Source: Octopus vulgaris
Taxonomy: Eukaryota
Assembly: GCA_951406725.2 (NCBI GenBank)
Contig: OX597814.1
Location: 158,100,001 to 158,164,000, forward strand
Length of the DNA stretch: 64,000 nt
Direction: 5' to 3'
A model generated the notes under the pieces. That model ran no database searches. It was not told where the DNA came from and saw nothing but the letters and a program-made list of their open reading frames with translations. This document shows, piece after piece, positions 53,872-64,000 of this stretch; position 1 is the first letter of the stretch; each line of letters begins with the position of its first letter. Position numbers and translations under genes: made by a program.

Positions 53872-54045
53872 CTGAATGTCCAACGTCAGACAGCTACACT
53901 TATCAACCAGAATTTAGATTATGTTATCAAATAAATTCAAATAAAATGTCATGGAATAACGCTGCAGACGATTGCAATGAGAAACGAGGACAACTTATTC
54001 ACATTAGAAATTTAGAAGTAATGCTCTATCTACAAGAAAAATTGA
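53872..54045 (+). CDS. PAN-CTL gene copy C, exon 2
   Basis: Acceptor cctaaag|, donor A|gtgagt, 174 nt, phase 1-1. ECPTSDSYTYQPEFRLCYQINSNKMSWNNAADDCNEKRGQLIHI. Confidence 0.9.
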
Positions 54046-54434
54046 GTGAGTAACAGTTTGTTATTTTATACACACACTCCCGCACACATAACACGCTCTC
54101 ACGCGCTTTCTTTCTCTCTTCCTCTCATTAAAAACATACACAAACACGCGCACGCGCACGCGTACACACGAGCGCAAATGTACTCAAGATATATCAAATT
54201 TCAGAAACTATAACTGTTCAATGAAATTCTTGATTTAAATTTTCTGCTATTTGGCAAATTACATTCCGTTTTTCTTGCAATTATTTTCTTTTATTTGTAC
54301 TTTCTACTCTGATTATTTATTTAGTGACTAGAAAATACACCAACTTTTGATAAAATATCGAATGTAGTCACTAATTTCGTACATATTTTTAAAAGAATTA
54401 TATTATACTATCATTTATTCTCAATGCGTTACAA

Positions 54435-57117
<2,683 letters not shown>

Positions 57118-57209
57118 TTATGTATGTATATATTAATAATAATAGTATGACAACAAAAGAATGAATGAGACCTCGATATTATGTAAATAGAGGAATTTAT
57201 CTATAATAT

Positions 57210-58112
57210 AATATGTGACAATTAGTTGGTTGCCATAATAAAACACAGACTTTCGGTTGTTGGGGCGGAATACAAAAATGCTATGAAAATGACCGTTAAA
57301 TAAAGGGAAATTACTATGAAGATGACCGTTATTTAGAAAAACAAGAGAGCTATGATAATGACCGTTAAATAAAGGGAAATTACCCGAATAGGAAGAAAGT
57401 AGAAATACTCGAAGAAGGTAAACACACGCTCATAGAATCCGCGTATGCGAGCATGTTCATACATGCACATGCGGACACGCACACCCACGTGCATGTGCAT
57501 ATATGCCTATGCTCGCTCAACCTCGCGTGAAATACATACATGCACACACACACACACCTATATGTATACATATGTATGCATCTATACACATGTACACATA
57601 TACATACTCGCACACACGTACACATACACGTATATCTATCCATACGCGCAAAATTATGCTCATATACACGTCTCTATATGCACTTGCACAAATATGAATG
57701 GTCTGTACATTACCTTTCACCCTGCATATTTGTGCATGTACGTATAGAAACGTGTATATGAAAATAATTGTGCGCGTAAGGGTAAAAATACGTGTGTATG
57801 GGTATGTATATGTGTACATATGTATGGATACATAAGGTGTATGTGTGTGTGTGCATGTATGTGTTTCACTTGAGTGTGAGTGAGCATATGCATATATGCA
57901 CATGGGCGTGCGTGCGCGCATGTGCATGTATGGAGAGTGGGTTTACCTTCGAGTATTTTTACTTTCTCCCTATTCAGGGAATTTCGCTTTGTGTAACGGT
58001 CATTTTCATAGCATTTTTGTCTTAATAACTGACGATATGCCGGAGCAGAATTCTGCCCCGACATCCGAAACTCGAGTTTTATTATGTCAACAGACTAATT
58101 GCCACATATTAT
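57210..58112. mobile_element. Older fold-back element (diverged inverted arms about 57210-57660 and 57765-58112)
   Basis: caaaaatgctatgaaaatgaccgtta mirrors taacggtcattttcatagcatttttg; agaaagta.aaatactcgaag mirrors cttcgagtattt.tactttct. Confidence 0.78.
58023..58084 (+). ncRNA. Type I hammerhead ribozyme motif
   Basis: TAATAA [CTGACGA] tATGCCGGAGCAG-aatt-CTGCCCCGACATcc [GAAA] CTCGAG [TT] TTATTA. Palindromic ACTCGAGT; base of stem II imperfect. Confidence 0.75.
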
Positions 58113-58644
58113 ATCCTCTTTTCTCTCTTTCTCTGTCTCTCTCTCCTTACATACCCACCTTCCCCTTCATCCTTCGTCAACGCTCCCCCATAAGCTCACC
58201 TCACCCCTACACATTCCGACTCCACCTTCCCTATCCACCCATCCTATCCCCTTCACCCTCTCCCACATACTCCATCTCTACCCCACCCTCTGCCCACCCA
58301 CATACCACAACAGTACCCCAACCCTCAGCCGAACCCACACCCCACCCCTGCTTTCCCCACTCTCTCCTCCCCACCTCCCAACAACATCACACACACCAAA
58401 CTACATCATACAACGTTACTCATTATATCACAATACATCACCCACACACCAGCACTGACCAATTCCCATCCACACATTTTCACAGCTACACATACATATA
58501 TGCACACGTCAAGACCACCAGCCCTCTTTCACACGCACATACGTACTCATTTATACACACACGCACCTTCGTGTTTGGGGTCATCTTTACTTTGTTATCT
58601 CCCCTACTTCTTCGCTCTCCTGTGTGACCCTTCTGTCCGGAGTC

Positions 58645-58838
58645 GCCATGATAGATCGGTAGCCACTACACATGTTTTCTCTCCTTGTTTCTCTCCTTGT
58701 TTTTTTCTGTGTCTTTTTCTGTAGAAGAGCATAGGCTCGAAACGTAAAAGACTTTTTCAATTTCTGAGCGTTATACTAATACATCTGTTTGTTTTGTACA
58801 CCACCTGTCTTGGTCTTTTGTTTTTTCGTGAACTCTCT

Positions 58839-58840
<2 letters not shown>
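58645..58840 (+). mobile_element. Second copy of the short repeat with an atypical hammerhead-like motif (58711-58752)
   Basis: Homologous to 12040-12232. Confidence 0.6.
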
Positions 58841-58887
<47 letters not shown>

Positions 58888-58889
58888 TC

Positions 58890-58933
<44 letters not shown>

Positions 58934-59859
58934 GAACATGAAAACATGATATACGTTAAACTATTTCTTTATCGCTGCTGAATTATTTCTTTTTGCCACC
59001 GAGATCAAGGAAGAGATTTCGGTATCTAGTTGTGTGACAAAAATAGCAAGAATTAAATTTGAATTAATATATACGGTAGGATATGATTCATGGAAGAGCA
59101 CGAAATTATTTTTGACACAAGCACAAAATCTAAAATTTGAGGCGGGTGGCTTGTAGTCTATTACTCTGATTGCAGAGAAATACAAGGTAAAGTTAGCCAC
59201 GGAGGCATATAGATTCAAAATTTAAAAGGCTAGCACAAACACCCCGAATCATTTCCAAAACTCTCGAACAAACTTGGAGTGGAAGTTATAAGGCGTGAAT
59301 AAATGTAATGTTTTCTACTGATATTATTATTTATAGTCTACTTTATGATGTTCCCTAACTTTCCTAATAACAATACGTGTGTAGCTGAATATTTTATGAA
59401 ACCATTAAAAGAGAAAAAAATAGATAATTAGAAATATAATTATTACAGTAAGTGGTTGTTGTTTTCTAACGTTGTGATTTTACAATCCTAACATTCACAC
59501 TGATATTTCTCGTAAGTCATATATTTGGGAAATAGCCTGAACAATTCATCTGTCCGCTCTCTGGACGTTTAAAGTGTGATCTTGCTCTTCAAGATTGACA
59601 AATACAATATTTCTCCAGATATCAGTGTTGTTCAACTAGCTAGAAATAACAGTTAAATTATCTTTTCTTCATGTTTACCGTCACTAGAAAAGATCCCATA
59701 AGGCCTCGTGTAGGTAGTGATCCACTTAAAGACGGATAGTGTCGTGAATGAGATCTTTGGTATTAAGTCACCCGTTGTTCACGGCAAGCCCAATGCTAAA
59801 TAACAACTAAATAACAGCAAATATTCCTACTCCACCTCCACCTCTTCCTCCTCCTCCTC

Positions 59860-59914
<55 letters not shown>

Positions 59915-59924
59915 CACCACCACC

Positions 59925-59962
<38 letters not shown>

Positions 59963-60301
59963 AACGTTAATAAATTTCTAAAGATGTACTTTGCATTCAG
60001 CTTGAAAAGCACTTATATCATAAATATGTGATCAGCTTTCATATTATTCATAACCTTATACTGTAGAATCACGTTGCAAATTTTCCTAGGAGAAAGAAAT
60101 ATCAATTTTGATGGAAATTTTACAGCTAGTCAATGAGCGATAGTAACTTTCTTTTATTGCATATCGTAATGGCTGTAAACGATATCGAATATTTGGATTA
60201 CAAAAGCAAAGTTGTAAACGCAAAAATCATTATCTTTCTTCTCATAAAGAAAATCTATTCCTTCTTAAGCCTTTCATTATGATCATCTGTTTTAAAAACA
60301 A

Positions 60302-60765
60302 CTAGCAGTATAACACGGCTTTGACCGGGATTAAGTAAGGATTATTAAGCAAATTAAGATCTTTATTTCAAACCAAACTAAGTAGCATCTACGTCAAATT
60401 TGTGGGAAATTGGTTTATATATATATGGGCAACACAAACACATACACACGCATACGTGCGTACACCTATTGCATACAAGTTTTTTGCACACATACATGTT
60501 CGTGTGTGTGTTTGTGTGTGTGCGTTGCCCGTATATCAATAAAACACCTTTTTCGTCGACGGAAAAATAACATAAGTCTTAACAAAACTTACTCGTCGCT
60601 AGAAGGGGACTTAACTCCTGTTTGCAAACAATTGTGATTTCTCCGACTTGAAAATTGTTAAAAGTTTTGGTTGAAAATTTATTTTTTACTGCTATTCACT
60701 GGTGCCTGGTAAAAATAAGTTGACGAAAATACAGCTAGGATCTGGACGAATATTCTCCTGAAATG
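60302..60765 (-). mobile_element. Short Helitron-like element of the 1366-6595 family
   Basis: ctagcagtata..cggcttt..cgggattaagt start; matches 1366-1470, about 5770-5860 and 6270-6505. Confidence 0.72.
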
Positions 60766-61430
60766 TATTGGTGAACAGTCAACAGCGTTGGAGAGCATAA
60801 ATATTAACGTTGTAGCTGAGAAAAAGTCAGCTGACATGGAAGACAAGAAAGTAGCTGAATATTGGAAAGATTTACCTGTATCAAATGCCAGTCTCATGGC
60901 TTCTGCTCAAAGTTCTGTGCGCAATGAAATAACAATAAGATCTGATACGGTCATCATGAAAGCGAAGTTATCCCAAAATGTGATGGTCTTTGGGAGTGTC
61001 TCCAGTAAGGATGACGTCATGCATCCCACATCCTTGAGCAGGGATTAAAGCACAATACATTTAGCTTTGCGAAGCTTCTAGAGACTGTAGTCAAACCCTA
61101 CCTGAAGAGGGTTGCTACTGGAAAGCCATATGTGTGGTGGTAGGATTCGTCGTCTTGCCATACCTCTTGAAATATTCAAAGTGGTTGTCGTAGAATATCT
61201 ACGACTTCACCTGCTCCAACTTTGGAGATCCTAATTTCTCCAATTTTCATCCAACGGATTATTACGTGTGGGGCACAGTTGAGGACACCAACTGCCCTGC
61301 CTGCAACACTAAAGCCGTGCTGGTAGCCGAGTTCAAGGAGGTGTCTGAAGCTTTCCCATGTACATATTGAGGAACGCATGTGCCAAGTTTCGGAGCTGTC
61401 TTGAGGCCGTGATGGAAACTGAGGACGGTA
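60765..61430 (+). mobile_element. Decayed Tc1/mariner-superfamily transposase remnant
   Basis: VMVFGSVSSKDDVM, *DSSSCH, W..NFSNFHP.DYYVWG, NACAKFRSCLEAVMETEDG. Confidence 0.7.
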
Positions 61431-62789
61431 TTTTGAGTATACCTTTATCTGCTAGCCATAATGCTGTTATAATGTGGATCCTTGTCCCCTTGTATGTTAT
61501 TGTCGGCACTATAATATTCTTGTCGTCACTATTACGTTGTGGTGGTATTCCACATCTTATTATCTTTGACTCGTCTATCGTGCTTTCGCTGATAGCTGCG
61601 CAAGACAATAACTTTTAAACGTCTACCTTGACGGTAAACTCGAACTCGTATATATCACGTAACTGACTCAGATTCCAACTGAGAACTCTTACAACGACTG
61701 TACTACTACTGACTTCCTACAACGACTGACTATCTGGCTTGTCACGGGGAAAGCGGGGTACCATTTTCACTACAACAATATTTTGAATATATTTTAAATA
61801 TATTTTTTTAATTTTTTGATGGAATATTGTGTTTCCTTTTCCTTTTATGCAAACTTTAAAATTTAACCTGAACACCCTGTACATTGATTTTTGAAATGTG
61901 CTCAAAGCTCAAAGATTTGTGGAGCAAAGATCAATTAAATCGACTTTTGTCACTAGAGAGAACGAAATCCCAAGCCCAATCTGATTTCAGATAACATCCT
62001 GTCGACAAAATCTGAACTCCTGATGTAAAAATTGTGCGTTATAGTCAGAAGGCTTTGTTCTTAACGCATATTTTTCTACTTTGATTTTGCAAATTGCAGT
62101 ATTTTCTTTGCATTAGTTATGATAATATAAGGGGTTTTTTTTTATTTCAATAAAATTGCAGTTCAGTGACTGAAACCAGCATACATGAATGTTCGGATTG
62201 TTTGTTTATTTTACTCAAAACAGGTTTATTTGCATTAGAAGCGTGGAAATGTGTGTTTGAAAACGAAACCTACATCGTGGGAATTGTTTTAGCCAATTAT
62301 GCCGATTTGCAAACTTTTTTCAATCCAAGGCACATTCAATTAGGTTCAATACGATAGTCCATTAGATTTTTGAAATGTTATGTACCTGTGTATGCATTAT
62401 GTTTGCATTTATAAATATTATATAAAAAGGGATATGGGGCCGCGCATTACATTTCGCCACGTTTCAAAATATTTAGCCGTTTCTCTACTACACTAAAAAC
62501 GGGGCACACTACCGGATCATATGCAGCTGTTAAGTGTGTTGCAGCATAGTGAGTGAAAATATGTATGTTGAGTGATCGATCATTTGACTCGTTCAAAATG
62601 CATGATGCAATACAGAATACACTTTGTCGGCAAAATTAGGGCCGGATGTCATGATTGATTACGGCTACGCCGGGGCTTAACTACAACAATAACAAGGATA
62701 ACAAGAAGATACTATAATGGTCAAACATAGATCGAATGATAAGTTTTTGCAAGCTGATTCTTTACTTGTGTTTTATGTTTGTTTTTCAG

Positions 62790-63022
62790 AACAGTGGCCA
62801 GACGTGAGCTTTCATTTTGGATTATGTAGAGATATTGATAAGGACCTCTTGGTATGGCAGAATGGAGAAGCACTTACGTTTGGATTCTGGCAGAAGGATA
62901 GACCTGACAATCATGGAGGCGATCAGCACTGTGGAGTTTTAACTCATAATAGTAATCACAGATGGAATGATATAAAGTGTGACGACGAATGGGGATATAT
63001 ATGCGAGATAGTCGTGAGATAA
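62790..63022 (+). CDS. PAN-CTL gene copy C, terminal exon 3
   Basis: Acceptor gtttttcag|, phase 1. FGLC..WQNG..FWQKDRPDNHGGDQHC..WNDIKC..YICE then TAA. The three exons total 762 nt = 253 aa + stop. Confidence 0.9.
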
Positions 63023-63127
63023 ATGTGTAGCTGAAAAAACCGTAACGCACACGTACACACACACATACATATATACGTACTCTTATATATATATGTGTGT
63101 GCGTATGTATGTATATATGTGTATATA

Positions 63128-63165
<38 letters not shown>

Positions 63166-63222
63166 GGTGCCCCAGCATGGCCACAGCTCGTGAGCTGAAA
63201 CTAGATAAAATAAAAGATAAAT

Positions 63223-63272
<50 letters not shown>

Positions 63273-63589
63273 GTCTAGCCAAATTGTCTACTTTTCCTTT
63301 CTACTTTAACTTCTCTCCCTCTCTCTTTTTCTCTCTGTCACTGACTGTCTGTCTGTCTATCTGTTTCTCTCACTTTCACTGTTTCTCTCTCTCTCTCTCG
63401 CTATATATATATATATATAAAACCTCTTCAATCTTTCTCCCTCCCACTCCTCCTCTCTCTTCGCCGCGTGTCCCCCTCCTCCTTCCCTCTTCCTTGCCTA
63501 TAAAACAAAATTCCTTTACACGTGGTTCCCACTATTGAAAAGACTGCCTCCACGCGCTGCTACTACACTTTCGTCCTTGCCAGCAAAAG

Positions 63590-63920
63590 GCCCTTTCGTT
63601 CGTCCCCCTGTGTGGTTGATTTCCTGTATAGTATTCTTTTTATTTTCTCGTTTTGTAACTAATTGTATTTTTTGTACATGTATTTTTATTTTTGCAGTTT
63701 TATTGTTTGTCTATGCCAGAAAAAAAGGCTTTTTCGTTCGTCCTCTTGTGTGTTTCTTTTTGTACGTGTATCTCGTTTTGTAACTAATTGTATTTTTTGT
63801 ATATGTATTTTTATTTTTGCAGTTTTATTGTTTGTCTATGCCAGAAAAAAGGCTTTTTCGTTCGTCCTCTTGTGTGTTTGTTTTTGTACATGTATTTTAA
63901 TTTTGCAGTTTTATTGTTAC
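63590..63920. repeat. Tandem repeat, unit about 125-135 nt, about 2.5 copies
   Basis: tttcgttcgtcc.c.tgtgtg ... gcagttttattgtt repeats. Confidence 0.8.
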
Positions 63921-64000
63921 GTCTTGTTGTGTTCGTACTCATTTTGCCCCGCTGCTTGGAATTTTATTTTAATTCTCTCGCAGGAAGGCCTATTGGATTA

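Noticed and set aside
57896-58627. 243-aa Pro/His-rich ORF
   Set aside because: Runs through a fold-back arm and low-complexity C/A-rich sequence; no domain.
63590-63920. CRISPR-like repeat/spacer array
   Set aside because: Eukaryotic context; the whole unit repeats with no unique spacers and there are no cas genes.

Overview
AT-rich, microsatellite-dense animal DNA. The SINE and repeat families look like those of octopus or other coleoid cephalopods, but this is inference. The host content is a tandem cluster of secreted PAN/apple + C-type lectin genes on the + strand: exons 2-3 of copy A (803-976, 10169-10401), a dead exon-1-only copy B whose second codon is split by a pogo-like transposon (31951-34653), and an apparently complete 3-exon, 253-aa copy C (48721-49075, 53872-54045, 62790-63022). 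The rest is mostly mobile DNA: Helitrons, mariner/Tc1/pogo remnants, a Gypsy fragment, Tx1-like LINEs, and four Dong/R4-like REL retrotransposons stacked in (TAA)n. The most striking pattern, invisible in the ORF track, is a set of fold-back (inverted-repeat) insertions next to (TA)n tracts, from at least four unrelated sequence families, each carrying type I hammerhead ribozyme motifs. Two encode Penelope-like RT/GIY-YIG remnants, including a 3.56 kb palindrome with a 1-nt spacer inside a lectin intron. Two have no ORF, including a 386-bp element with two canonical hammerheads. All calls are by eye; many mobile-element boundaries are approximate.
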